Part shown: piece by piece, positions 46,932 to 60,160 of the stretch
Layout: each line of letters opens with the position of its first letter
How positions within the stretch are numbered: the stretch's first letter is position 1
Notes under the pieces: model-generated
Seen by the model: only the letters and a program-made list of their open reading frames with translations
Database searches by the model: none
What the model was told of the DNA's origin: nothing
Position numbers and translations under genes: made by a program
Assembly (NCBI RefSeq): GCF_009914755.1
Contig: NC_060947.1
Strand: one strand, 5' to 3'
From: the human T2T-CHM13v2.0 reference genome, Homo sapiens
DNA: 64,000 bases

Positions 46932-49222
46932 TGTATATCAGTCCATTTTCATGCTGCTGAGAAAGACATACCCGAGACTGGGTAATTGACATAGGAAAAA
47001 GGGTTTAATGGACTTACAGTTCCACGTGGCTGGGGAGGCCTCACAATCATGGTGGAAGGCAATGAGGAGCAAGTAACGTCTTACATGGATGGCAGCAGGC
47101 CAAAACAGAAAGCTTGTGCAGGGAAACTCCCCCTTATAAAACCATCAGATCTCATGAGACTTATTCACTATCATGAGAACAGCACGGGAAAGACCTGCCC
47201 CCACTATTCAGTTGCCTCCCATCAGGTCCCTCACACAAGATATGGGAATTCAAGATGAGATTTTGGTGGAGACACAGCCAAACCATATCATTTTGCCCCT
47301 GGCCCCTCCCGTATCTCATACTGACACGTTTTGAAACCAATCATGCCTTCTCAATAGTCCCCCAAATTTTAACTCATTTCAGCATTAACTCAAAAGTCCA
47401 CAGTCCAACATCTCATCTGAGACAAAGCAAGTCCCTTCTGCCTGTGAGCCTGTAAAATCAAAAGCAAGATAATTACTTCCTAGATACAATGGCGACACAG
47501 GCATTGGGTAAATACACCCATTCCAAATGGGGGAAATTGGCCAAAACAAAGGGTCTAAGGCCCCATGCAAGTCTAAAATCCAGCGGGACAGTCAAATCTT
47601 AAAGCTCCCAAATGATCTCCTTTGACTGTATATCTCACATCCGGGTCAGGCTGATGCAATACGTGGGTTCCCGTGGTCTTGGGCATCTCTGCCCCTGTGG
47701 CTTTGCAGGGTACAGCCTCCCTCCCAGCTGCTTTCATGGCCTGGTGTTGAGTGTCTGTAGGTTTCCAGGCACACAGTGGTGCAAACTGTAGGTGGATCTA
47801 CCATTCTGCAGTTTGGAGAATGATAGCCCTCTTCTCACAGCTCCACTAGGCAGTGCCCCATTGGGGACCCTGTGTGGGGCTTCAACCCTATATTTTCTTC
47901 TGCACTGCCCTAGCAGAGCTTCTCCATGAGTGCTCTGCCCCTGCAGCACCCCTCTTCCTGGACATCCAGGCATTTCCATACATCCTCAGAAATCTAGGCG
48001 GAGGTTCCCAAACATCAATTCTTGACTTCTGTGCACCCACAGACTCAACAACGCATGGAAGCTGCCAAGGCTTGGGGCTTCCACCTTCTGAAGCCGTGGC
48101 TCAAGCTGTATCTTGACCCCTTTTAGCCATGGTTGGAGCAGCTGAGACACAGGGTGCCAAATCCCTAGGCTGCACATAGCAGGGGGGCACTGGGCCTGGC
48201 CCAGGAATCTATTTTTTCATTTTAGGCCTTCAGACCTGTTATGGGAGGGGCTGCCATGAAGACCCTGACATGCCCTGGAGACATTTTGTCCATCATCTTG
48301 GCGATTAACATTGGCTTCTTGTTACTTATGCAGCCAGCAGAGATTTGCATAAGAAAGAAAATGGGATTTTCTTTTCTATCACATTGTCAGGCTGCAGATT
48401 TTCCAAACTTTTATGCTGTTTCCCTTTTAAAACTGAGTGCCTCTAACAGCACACAAGTCACCTCTTGAATGCTTTGCTGCTTAGAAATTTCTTCTGCCAG
48501 ATACCCTAAATCATCTCTCTCAAGTTCAAAGTTCCACAGAACTCTAGGGCAGGGGCAAAATGCTGCTGGTCTCTTGTGACATCACAAGAGTCACCTTTGC
48601 TTAAGTTCCTGACAAGTTCCTCATCTCCATCTGAGACCGCCTGGATATCATTGTCCAAGTCATTATCTGAATTTTGGTCAAAGCCATTCAACAGGTCTCT
48701 AGGGAATTCCACACTTTCCCACATTTTCCTGTCTTTTTCTGAGCCCTCCAAACCGTTTCAGTCCGTGCCTGTTACCCAGTTCCAAAGTCGCTTCCACATT
48801 TTTGGGTATCTTTTCAACAGTGCCCTACTCTACTGGTACCAACTTACGGTATTAGTCCGTTTTTACACTGCTGATAAATACATACCCAAGACTGGGAAAT
48901 TTACACAGGTAAAAGGGTTTAATGGACTTACAGTTCCACATGGCTAGGGAGGCTTCACAATCATGGCAGAAGGTGAGGAGGAGAAAGTCGGAGCAAGTCA
49001 CATCTTGCATGGATGTCAGCAGGCAAAAAAAAAGCACTTGAGCGCTTGTGTAGGGAAACGCCCCCTTATAAAACCGTCAGATCTCATGAGACTTATCCAC
49101 TATCATGAGACTATCACAGGAAATACCTGCCCCCGTGACTCAATTACCTTCCACCAGGTCCCTCCCGCAACACATGGGAATTCAAGATGAGATTTTGGTG
49201 GGAACTCAGCTAAACCATATCA
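46932..49222 (-). mobile_element. Complete THE1B-like MaLR: 3' LTR 46932-47290, internal 47291-48847, 5' LTR 48848-49222
   Basis: Both LTRs read TA(T)TAGTCC...AAACCATATCA around a ~1.56 kb THE1-int sequence. Confidence 0.95.
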
Positions 49223-49459
49223 TAATGTTATTCCTTTTCTCTATCAGTATTACTAGTAATTTATTATTTTTATTCAATTTTAAATGAAAATGCGTGACTG
49301 TTGATATTATGTGTCATTTATTCAATTTCTATTTCATTGACTTTAGTTATCATTAATTTATCTTTTCTATTTATTTTGGGCTCAATTTGCTCTTCTTTTT
49401 CTGGGTTCTTAAGATTAAAGCTGAGGTCACTAGTTTTAAACATTTCTTCTTATTTCCGG

Positions 49460-50013
49460 ATTTACCAGGGTATAAATGGTAAATAAACATTGAAGCTATT
49501 TACTGTGTACAACATGACATTTTGATATATGTATACATTGTGAAATAATTATCACAATCTAGCTAATATTTATCACTATACATAGTTTTGTGTGTGTGCG
49601 TGTGTGTGTGTGGTGAGAACATCTAAGATCTACTCTCTTCGTATATAAAATACAGTACTGTTAGCTGTAGTAACCATGCTATATATATTAGATCCTCCAA
49701 ACTGATTCATCTTATAATTGAAAGTTAGTACCCTTTGACCAACATCTCCTCATTACATCATTAGTCACAATAGCCAAGACATGAAAACAATCCAAGTATT
49801 TATCAATGGATGGATGGATAAAAAATTGTGTGTCTCTGTGTGTGTATTATGTAATAATAATAATTGGAATATTGTTAAGTAATAAAAGGAAGAAAATCCT
49901 GCCATTTGCAATAACATTGATGAATCTTTAAGGCATTCCACTAAATGAAGTAAGTCGGAGCGAGAAAGACAAATACTATACAATCTCACTTATGTATGAA
50001 ATTCAAAATAAAA
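49460..50013 (-). mobile_element. L1MA8/9-like 3' fragment with inversion: minus 49460-49754, plus 49755-50013
   Basis: Antisense 3'UTR runs to CCAACATCTCCTCATT, then sense ...TCACAATAGCCAAGACATG...CTCACTTATG. Degenerate AAAC.TTT..CTT.TTT flanks. Confidence 0.72.
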
Positions 50014-50089
50014 ACTTTTTCTTTTTTTTTTGATTTAAGCATTTCAAGCTATATGTTTACTTTTTAGCACTATGTTAGCTGCATCCACA

Positions 50090-50290
50090 TTTTTTTTGAG
50101 ACAAGGCTTGCTCTGTCACCAAGGCTGAAGTGTAGTCTTGTGATCACAGCTCATTGCAATCTCCACCTCCTGGGTTTAAGCAACCCCCCAACCTCAGCCT
50201 CCCAAATAACTGGTACTACAGGCGTGTGCCACCACAACCAGCTAATTTTTGTGTTTTTTGTAGACATAAGGTTTCTTCATGTTGCCCAGG
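50090..50290 (-). mobile_element. 5'-truncated AluJ
   Basis: T tail followed by GAGACAAGG...GTGATCACAGCTCA (J-type). TSD GCATC(C)CACA at 50081-50089 and 50290-50299. Confidence 0.88.
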
Positions 50291-51926
50291 CATCCCACAA
50301 CTTTTGATATGCTCTGCATTCTTTACAATTTAGTTCAAAGTAGTTTCTAATTTTTCATATAATTTCTTTGAATCATAGATATATCAACTAACTGTCAAGT
50401 ATTTCTGGATATTATAGATAATTGATTATTATTGATTTGTAATATAATTCCATGTAACCACTGAGCAGACTTTATATGATTTCAGTCCTTTGAAATTTAC
50501 TGAAGCTTGTTTTATAGCTCAGAATTTGTTCTGCATTGGTGAATATTCTATGTAAATTTGAATAGATTGTGTTTTCTGACTTACGTACATTAGATCAAGA
50601 TGAGTAATATTATTGTTCAAATCTATATTTTACTGGTTTGTCTACTTGTCATATCTTTATGAGAGAAGCATTAAATATATGTTTATGATTGTGCCTTTAT
50701 ATATTTCTTTTTAAATTTTTTTCAGTTTTTATTTTGATATTCTGAAGCTTTCTTCTTAGGTGAATACACATTTTGTCTTCTTGATAAAGTAACCACTTTA
50801 TTAATATGAAAAGACTCTCTCACTTTCTCTGGCGTTACCCTTTTCCATACAGTCTACATTTTCTGATATTAATACTAGTACTGCCATGGTATGTCTTTCT
50901 CCATTCTTTTAATTTCATTTATGTTCCTATATTAAAAGTGTATTTCTTGTAAAACACAGAGTTGGGCTTTGCTTTATTTTTTTTATCTGATAATCTGATT
51001 TTCAATGGTTGTGTTTTAGCCCATTTATATTTGGTATAATTTTTCCTATGGTTTGGTTTAGTTTACCATCTTGCTATTTGTTTTGTATTTGTGTAGTCTC
51101 TTTGTTTTTCCATTTCTTCTTTTCTTCTCTCTTTTGTGTTAATTAAGGTTATTTTGGCATGTGATGTTATTGCTTTATTGAATTTCAGCTATATTTTGTG
51201 TTATTTTTAGTGCTTTTTCTAAAATATGATAGTATAAATCCTGAACTAATTACAGTCTAATTTCACATATCTCACTAGTTTATATACAATATAAGAACCT
51301 TACATTTGTAAAATTCCATATCTCCCTTCCAATATATATAATCTGGTGTAATATAGTTTACTTACACATACGTTATAAAACCCTCAATTTATTGCTATAA
51401 ACATATATGTAATCTTTGATTTTTTATTTAATATATTTAAAAATATTTAACCATGTACTTACCCTTTCTGCTGCTCTTCATTTTGTTCCTGACAATTTAC
51501 AATTCCATCTAGTATTATTACTTTTTTTCCTGAAGAACATTCTTTTGCATTTCCTGAGGTATACTCCTATTGGAAACAACTTCCTTGGCTTTTGTATGTC
51601 TGCAAATGCCCTGATTTAGTCTATTTGATGGAAAATATATTTTCAATGTATAGAATTATAACTTAATATGTTTTTTCAACACTTTATATATGTAATTCCA
51701 TCACCTTCTACACCAACTTACTTTTTATAATAATTCAGCTGCCATTCTTATTGTTGTTTCCATCTATGTAGCATTTAGTTTTTCTGTGGAAGCTTTTAAG
51801 CTTCCATTTCATTTTCATTAGTTAGCAGCCATTTTACTATAAGCACTCAGCTGGGGTTTTCTTGTATGTATCTTAATCAGGGGTTGCTGAGGTCCTTGTT
51901 TCTGCAGGTTGCTATGTTCGAAATAT

Positions 51927-52590
51927 TGGTTGTCAAAAATTTCCCTGCCCCTCCCAATATGGTATGGTACTCTTCTCATAAACAGGTTAGAGTCTATTAT
52001 CACCTTCCTTGAATCTTAATTGTCTTTGTGAGTTTTTGATCGATATTATACAGTGGAAGTGGTGCTGCTTCCACTTCCAGGAATCATCAGAACCTGTGTA
52101 CTTCCTCTTTTGCTCTTGGAAACCACATGCTCTTTTGTAAGAGAATCTGTCTCATTCTTCTACTAGGGAGAACATGTAGAAAAACCCCAGGGGATGAGAA
52201 GCCTTCTGGCAAAAAATCTATAGTACAGAACTAAGGTGACCCAACTGAACTCCCAGTTCAGTAAAATTATATGAATAATTCCAACTGATGCCATTTGGAT
52301 CAGAACACCTGCTGCGTCAATCTGTAGAACAGTGTGAAATAAATCATTGTTATTTTAAGTTACTGGCTTTTGTAATGTCTGTTACAGAGTAATAGATAAC
52401 TGAAACATAACTGGCATCCAGAAGTGGGGTGTGTCTGCAACAAAAACTTAAAATATATGTCATTGTTTTTGAACTGAGTAACTGGAAGAGTGGTAAGGAA
52501 ACTTACTGAAGGGTAATAGAGATGTGAGAAAATTACTATTGTGGGCTGCAAAGGGGGGATTTGTATTATATATGGGAAGAAATTTAGTAC
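51927..52590 (+). mobile_element. MLT1H-like LTR (to 52408) plus the start of its internal region
   Basis: LTR end TTGTTATTTTAAG...GTAATAGATAACTGAAACA, followed by MLT1-int-type TGGCATCCAGAAGTGGGGTG...AACAAAAAC.TAAAA. Confidence 0.7.
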
Positions 52591-53055
52591 ATAATGATAA
52601 ACGGGTCAGTATATAATGATAAATGGGTCAATTCAGCAAGAGGATATAATTATTACAAGTATATATGCACCCAACTTTGAAGCACCTAGATATATAAAGC
52701 TTAAAGCTCAAAGGAGAGATAGGCCCTGATACAATAATAGCTGGAGACTTCAACACCCCACTTTCAGCATTGAACAGATCTTTTAGAAATAAAATTAACA
52801 AAGAAACATTGCACTTAGTCTGCACTATAGACCAAGTGAACCTAACAGATATTTATGGAATATTTCATCCAGTGGCTGTAGAATACACATTCTTTTCCTC
52901 GGCGCATTGATCATTGTCAAGGATAGACCGTATATTAGGTCTCACAAAACAAGTCTTAAAACATTCAATAAACTGAAATAATGTGCAGCATCTTCTCTGA
53001 ACGCAATGGAATAAGTCTAGAAGTTAATTACAGGGGGAATTTTGGAAAATATACA
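52591..53055 (+). mobile_element. L1MA/PB ORF2 endonuclease fragment
   Basis: GGAGACTTCAACACCCCACTTTCAGC (GDFNTPLS) and AGGATAGACC (RID) motifs. Appears to resume briefly after 55195. Confidence 0.75.
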
Positions 53056-55195
53056 TGCCTCATCTATGACAAACCCACAGCCAACATTTTACTGAATGGG
53101 CAAAAGCTGGAAGCATTTCCCTTTAAAAGTAGCACAAGACAAATATACTGTCTCACAACACTCCCATTCAAGATAGTATTAGAAGTCCTAGGCAGAGCAA
53201 TCAGGCAAGAGAAAGAAATAAATGGCATCCAAATAGGAAGAAAGGAAATCAAGCTATCCGTGTTTACAGACAACATGATTCTATATCTAGAAAGCCCATA
53301 GTCTCGGCCCAAAAGCTACTTCAGTTTGTAACTTCAGTCAAGTTTTAGGATACAAAATCAATGTACAAAACTGGTTAGCATTTCTATATACCAACAGCCA
53401 AGCCAAGAGCCAAATCAAGAAGGCAATACTATTCACAACTGCCACAAAAGGAATTAAATACCTAGGAATACAGCTAACCAGAGAGGTGGAAGATCTCTAC
53501 AATGAGAATCACAAAACACTGCTCATAGAAATCAGAGAAGATCCAAACAAATGGAAAACAAATCCCATGCTCATTGATAGGAAGAATCAATGTCATTAAC
53601 ATGACCATACTGCCCAAAAGAATTTACAGATTCAATGTTATTCTTATCAAACTACCAATGACAATCTTCACAGAACTAGAATTTTTTTTTAATTCAAATG
53701 GAACCAAAGTGACCCTGAATAGCCAAAGCAATCCTAAGCAAAAAGAACAAAGCTGGAGGCATCATGTTACCCGACATCATGCTACCCAACTTCAAACTAT
53801 ACTACAGGGCTACAGTAACCAAGCAGCATGGAACTGGTACAGAAAGAGGTATATAAACAAACGAAACAGAATAGAGAGTCCAGAAATAAGGCCACACACC
53901 TGTGATCATCTGATCATTGACAAAGCTGACAAAAACAAGCAATGGGGAAAAGACTTCCTATTCAATAAACAGTGGTGGGACAACTGACTAGGTATATGCA
54001 GACAATTGAAGCTGGACTCTTTCCTTACACCATATACGAAAATCAACTCAAGATAGATTAAAGACTTAAATGTAAAACCCAAAACAATAAAAACCTAGAA
54101 GACAACCTAGGCAATACCATCCTGGACATAGGAATGGGCAAAAATTTCATGAGAAAGACACAAAAAGCAATTGCAACAAACAGCAAAAATTGACAAATGG
54201 GATCTAATTAAACAAGAGCACAACAAAAGAAACTATCAACGGAGTAAACAGACAATCTATAGAATGGGAGAAAATATTTGCAAACTATGCATTTGACAAA
54301 GATCTAATATCCAGCATCTCTAAGGAACTTAAATTTACAAGAAAAAAAAATTTCATTAAAAAGTGGACAAAGGACATGAACAGTCACTTTTCAAAATAAG
54401 ACACAAATGCAGCATACAAGCATATGAAAAAAAGCTCAATGTCATGGAGCATTAAAGAAATGCAAATAAAAACCACATTGATATATCTCACACCAATCAG
54501 AATGGCTATTTTTAAAAAGCCAAAAAATAACAGATGCTAGCGAGGTTGTGGCAAAAAGGGAACACTTATAGACTGATGGTGGGAGTTAAATTAGTTCAAC
54601 CATTGTGGAAAGCAGTATGGCAATTCCTCAAAGAGCTAAAAACAGAAATACAATTTGGCCCAGCAATCCCATTACTGACTATATACCCAGTGGAATATAA
54701 AGCATTCTTCCATAAAGACACACACATGTGAATGTTCATTGCTATTCACAATAGCAAAGACATGGAATCAACCTAAATGCCCATTAATGGCAGATTGGAT
54801 AAAATATATGTGGTACATACACCCATGAAATACTATGCAGCTATCAAAATGAATAAGAGAATAAGAGCATGTCTTTGGCAGGAACATGGATGGAGCTGGA
54901 GGCTATTAACCTTAGCAAATTACTGCAGAAGCAGAAAACAAAATACCACATGTTCTCACTTATAGGTGTGAGCTGAATTATGTGAACTTATGAACACAAA
55001 GAAGGAACAACAGACACGGGGGTCTACTTGAGTGGAGAGTGGGAGAAGGGAGAGGAGCAAAAAAAGTAACTATTGGTTACTAGGTTAATATCTGGGTGAT
55101 AAAATAATCTGCACACCAAACCCCTGTGACACGAGTTTACCTATGTAACAAACCTGCACATATATCCCAAACTTAAAATAAAAGTAAAAAAAAAA
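53056..55195 (+). mobile_element. L1PA14/15-like, 5'-truncated (2.1 kb)
   Basis: Runs from RT (YDKPTAN...FTDN) to a 3'UTR ending CTTAAAATAAAAGT plus A tail. Degenerate TSD AAAAT(A/G)TA(C/T)A. Confidence 0.85.
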
Positions 55196-55349
55196 TGTAT
55201 AAAGTTCATGTAAAAATTATTTTAAAAACTTAGGGATATGTACATGGAAAAATTGGTATCCTTATTCCTACATTTGATGGACTATCCTAAAATTCGAGAT
55301 AGACACAGTGTCTATTTCTCGATAAAGTAGATTTATGATGAAAAAATAG

Positions 55350-57187
55350 AAAAAATATTTATTTTGCCTTCGTTTTTTAAAGGTATTTTGATTAGTATAA
55401 GCTTCTGGTTGATGGTGTTTTTTTTTTTTTCTGTCAGGAGTTTGAATATGTCATTTCACTGCCTTCTTACCTCAATTGTTTTTTATTAGAGATCAGCTGT
55501 TAAATCTCATTGGATTCACTTATGATTAATCATTTTTCTTCTGCTACTTTCAGTATTTTCTCTTTGTCTTTCACCATTTTGACTATATTGCGTCTGGCTG
55601 TGTATCTTTGCGTTGATTCTACTTTCATTCATTGAATTTCTTCAATGTGGTGATGAACTTTTTGCAAATTTGAAAAGTTTTTGGCCATTATTCCATTATC
55701 TCTGTCATTTTTAAAATATGTTTCTATTTACTGATTTTTCTTTTTTTTGAAACAAAATTTCTTGCTTCTTTACATGCCTATTCAATTTTATTCTGTCCTG
55801 GACATTATGAATATTATATTGTTGTGTGTCTGGCTATACATGGCTCTCTATAAAGAGTGAAGATATTTGGAATCACTTGTATCCTTTAAATCTCTTTTTA
55901 AAGCTTTCTTAGTGTAGGTCTAGGTTCTTCTTTACTAGTGCCAATTTAGTTTCTCTTCTATGTTGCGACCTTCGTGGTGTTCATATTGTATTCTTTGGGT
56001 GTTCATTGATGTCTCTCAACTCTAGTTGCTGCTAAATCAAACATCTCTCAATCTCATGTGAGCGCTGGTAGTTGTTCAACTGACTGTTTTCCTCTGGCTG
56101 TTGTCCTTACCTGGTATTTGTTCTTTGCATGGCCTAGTGAAGTCTCGTCCTATGAACCTGAAGCTCAGCATTTGCCCAATGATGCATGAGAACTCCAATG
56201 CAGATTTCTAGAGTGTTTCTACTGGGCTCTACTTCCAAACTGATATTCTCCCCCCAATTTTTGGATGTCTCAGTCTCCCTGAATTTGGATCTCATTCTCT
56301 TCATCTCAGGCAAGACTTTATAGACCTGGACATTTTACAGATTTAGTTAATAGCAGTTCATTAGTTCATCACTAGTGTCAAATATTTTGAGGGTAGAATC
56401 AGGTATTCTCCTTATTCAGAGTTTATTTCTAATGCACATTTGAAAATCTGGTGATCTCTGTATGCCTTAGAATCTACCTATCAGATTTATGAATCAAAGA
56501 AGCTTTCTGTTGTATGTTTCAGAAACCAACGTCTTAGATCACTGGGGAATTATCATTGCTCTGTAGCTTTACCTCTGGTTTTCTAAGCCAAGGTTTATGT
56601 ATCTCCATTCTGCTACTGTGCCCCAAGATTTTTTGGTGGGCCATATACCTTAGTGAAGCCTAGTATATTTCAGGATCTCATATTTGGTTTAATGTCTGAA
56701 ACTTTGATATCATTTAGTCAGTAAGGGCCTTGTTCACCTTTGAAGGGCCTCTTAGCTCTCCTATCCTGTCACCAGCCTTTTGGTATACTGTCACTTTGTA
56801 CTTAGGGAAAGTTCCATGGGAAAGGATCAGCAAGATAGTGCAGACTTGCTCTGTGACTAGGGCTTTGTTGGACTGTACTCCAACATTCTAGTCCACATGT
56901 GGTGAATGAAAGTTTGTTTACATATTGGTCTGGATTATCCTTTCACCAGTCTATGACAAGTTTGCTGTTCTTCCTGCCTTGCTCAAGAGAGAAAGCAGGT
57001 GTATGTGTTTTATTTTTCCTAAGAAGGGCTCATAGCTTTATATAATTCAGATCATTTCAGGTTCCTTGCATCCTTGTCTCCTCAATATGTCAACATATTC
57101 TTATTGTAGCTTATACAACTTGTTCTCATATTAAGGGTGAGGAAGATATTCTCTTGTGATTTTCTAAATCAACCAAAAGTATAAGTC
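55350..57187 (-). mobile_element. Ancient L1M/HAL1-type ORF1 and 5' end fragments
   Basis: TCATTTCACTGCCTTCT...ATCAGCTGTTAA ORF1-like text. The terminal AGGGTGAGG...TTCTCTTG...TTTCTA...AAGTC resembles L1ME 5' ends. Confidence 0.5.
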
Positions 57188-57779
57188 TCCCATTAAATAT
57201 TTTGTCTTTTACTTCACGTATTTTTCCTCCACCCCCACCCACCACAATTTAAACTCTGAAAAGAAATGTACTCCTATGACTTTCTGCTTTTCTATGAAAA
57301 GAAAACTTTCAGTGCGGTATTTTCCACATGTAGGTCACCTCACCTCAGAGGCATCATTTTAGGAAAAGCATGAAAGATCTTCAGCAACTTGTTGAATTAA
57401 AAATAACTCTTACCCAAAGTGTAATATTGCTATTAAAATTGGAGTAATAAGCAAAAAGTTATTAGTGCCAAGAATAAATACCCAAAGTCTGATATTTATC
57501 ATTGTTTTCCTTTAATTTCTGAACTGACAAATGATAATTGCTCAGGCAATTAAAATAATTAGGGAAATTTGGAGGCACAAAGGGATAAGGCTTTTAGAAG
57601 TGCAATGTAAATGCATAAGGAAAGATTCATGTATGGTTGCTGAACCTTATCCTAGAGCAGACTGATTACCAGGTGCTTTTTAGTGGGCCGACGATTGATA
57701 GATTACATGCCATCTGAATTCTGTCTGGGAATGAGGCTTACTGGAAGCATAGTTACCTCACAATGTAAGTCTAGTTTTA

Positions 57780-58611
<832 letters not shown>

Positions 58612-58666
58612 ACAATGAGATCACATGGACACAGGAAGGGGAATATCACACTCTGGGGACTGTGGT

Positions 58667-58688
58667 GGGGTCGGGGGAGGGGGGAGGG
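58667..58688 (+). other. G-quadruplex-type polypurine tract of the L1 3'UTR
   Basis: GGGGTCGGGGGAGGGGGGAGGG, four intact G runs. Confidence 0.7.
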
Positions 58689-59989
58689 ATAGCATTGGGA
58701 GATATACCTAATGCTAGATGACACGTTAGTGGGTGCAGCGCACCAGCATGGCACATGTATACATATGTAACTAACCTGCACAATGTGCACATGTACCCTA
58801 AAACTTAAAGTATAATAATAATAATAAAAAAAAAAAAAAAAAAAAGGAGGCTTTTGAAGATCTTGGGATTTATATTCTATAAATACCGTGATGATAAAGG
58901 ATGGTTTTCAGAACCCACATTTGTTCAATATCGTATGAACTTTTAGTGTGTTTTTGGAATACATTATTTTGTGCTGTTTTTAAATGAGGATAAGAAAAAT
59001 ATGAGTAAAATCCTTGGATGGTCTTAACATTTTATCATGCTTATCCACTTTGTGAGCTGCAGGGGGCAATCTGAGGGAGGCTGTGGAAACAATTAAAAGA
59101 TTGACAGTGGCTTTGTAAGAGAAATGAGAGTTTCTGTGAGAAATAGAATATTCCTGGGTAAGATAGGATAACCTTAATTTAGAGAGAGTATACATTAAAA
59201 TAAATCAAAGTGACATCAACCGTGAGAACTATTTTGGTGTTTGTGTGCACAATAACACTTAAGCTATTCCATATTCTGATGGGATAGTGACAGCTGAGGT
59301 TGGCATCAGAAATTGATGATACTAATTTCTAAGAAGAGACTATCTCAGAAGTAAGTAGATGGTATTTTATTAAAATTTTGTAAAATGTGTACTATTAGGC
59401 ATGACTTATTCATTTCAGTTATACTTTCCATTAAGTTATTCACTCAGAATATTACAGTCAACTACTGATAGCTGTATGCAACAATAGCAAATTATTTATC
59501 TCAGGCAACACTCCTTGACTTAACTAATTTAAAGGTATATTCCCTTTAAATTAAAATTGGCCTTTATCACATAGAAATTTAATCTTCTCCACAGAAACTC
59601 ATTTATCATATTAAACTCATGTCATGCAGGACATGAAATACTTTTGTGCACAATTCCTATTCACCTATTGTCCATACACAGGTGAAGTTAAATGGATTCA
59701 ACTCATAGCAAAACTTAGAAGATGATAAAGTTTGAAAGGAGAGTATTCAGGAAATTTAGACAAGAGAGGGTTTCACTAAAAATTATGCTAGCTGATATTA
59801 GTATCAGCAACAATCATTTGGGAGAGATGCTTGAATGTGATAAGCTGGGAGGCTTATTTCAAAAGTAAATTATTATGCCATTCTTCTTTCCATTACTTAA
59901 ATATGATGAATGACACTAAATAAATGACTTTGATTTGGAAAATAACTCTCCTAAATGATATTAGAAAAGTGTTTGGAATAACAACACCA

Positions 59990-60160
59990 GTCAGTCAACA
60001 GTATTTATTGAATACTCACTTTATGTTGATTATGTTATTAAGCAGAAACATTTGAATGTCTCCTCTGTGCAGATTACACTGTAAGCTACAGGAAACATTT
60101 ATCCAGGCATTATAAAATAAGTGGAATATCTGTGAATAAACGGAAGGCATAGTCCCTACC
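59990..60160 (-). mobile_element. Degenerate L2 tail fragment(s)
   Basis: CAGTCAACAGTATTTATTGAATACTCACTTTATG. Confidence 0.45.

Noticed and set aside
45695-49287. Dense cluster of 60-123 aa ORFs on both strands
   Set aside because: Explained by the higher GC content of the L1 5'UTR and THE1B, with no protein similarity.
52054-52079. 9 bp inverted repeat TGGAAGTGG/CCACTTCCA
   Set aside because: It is short, lies inside an MLT1 LTR and is plausible by chance.
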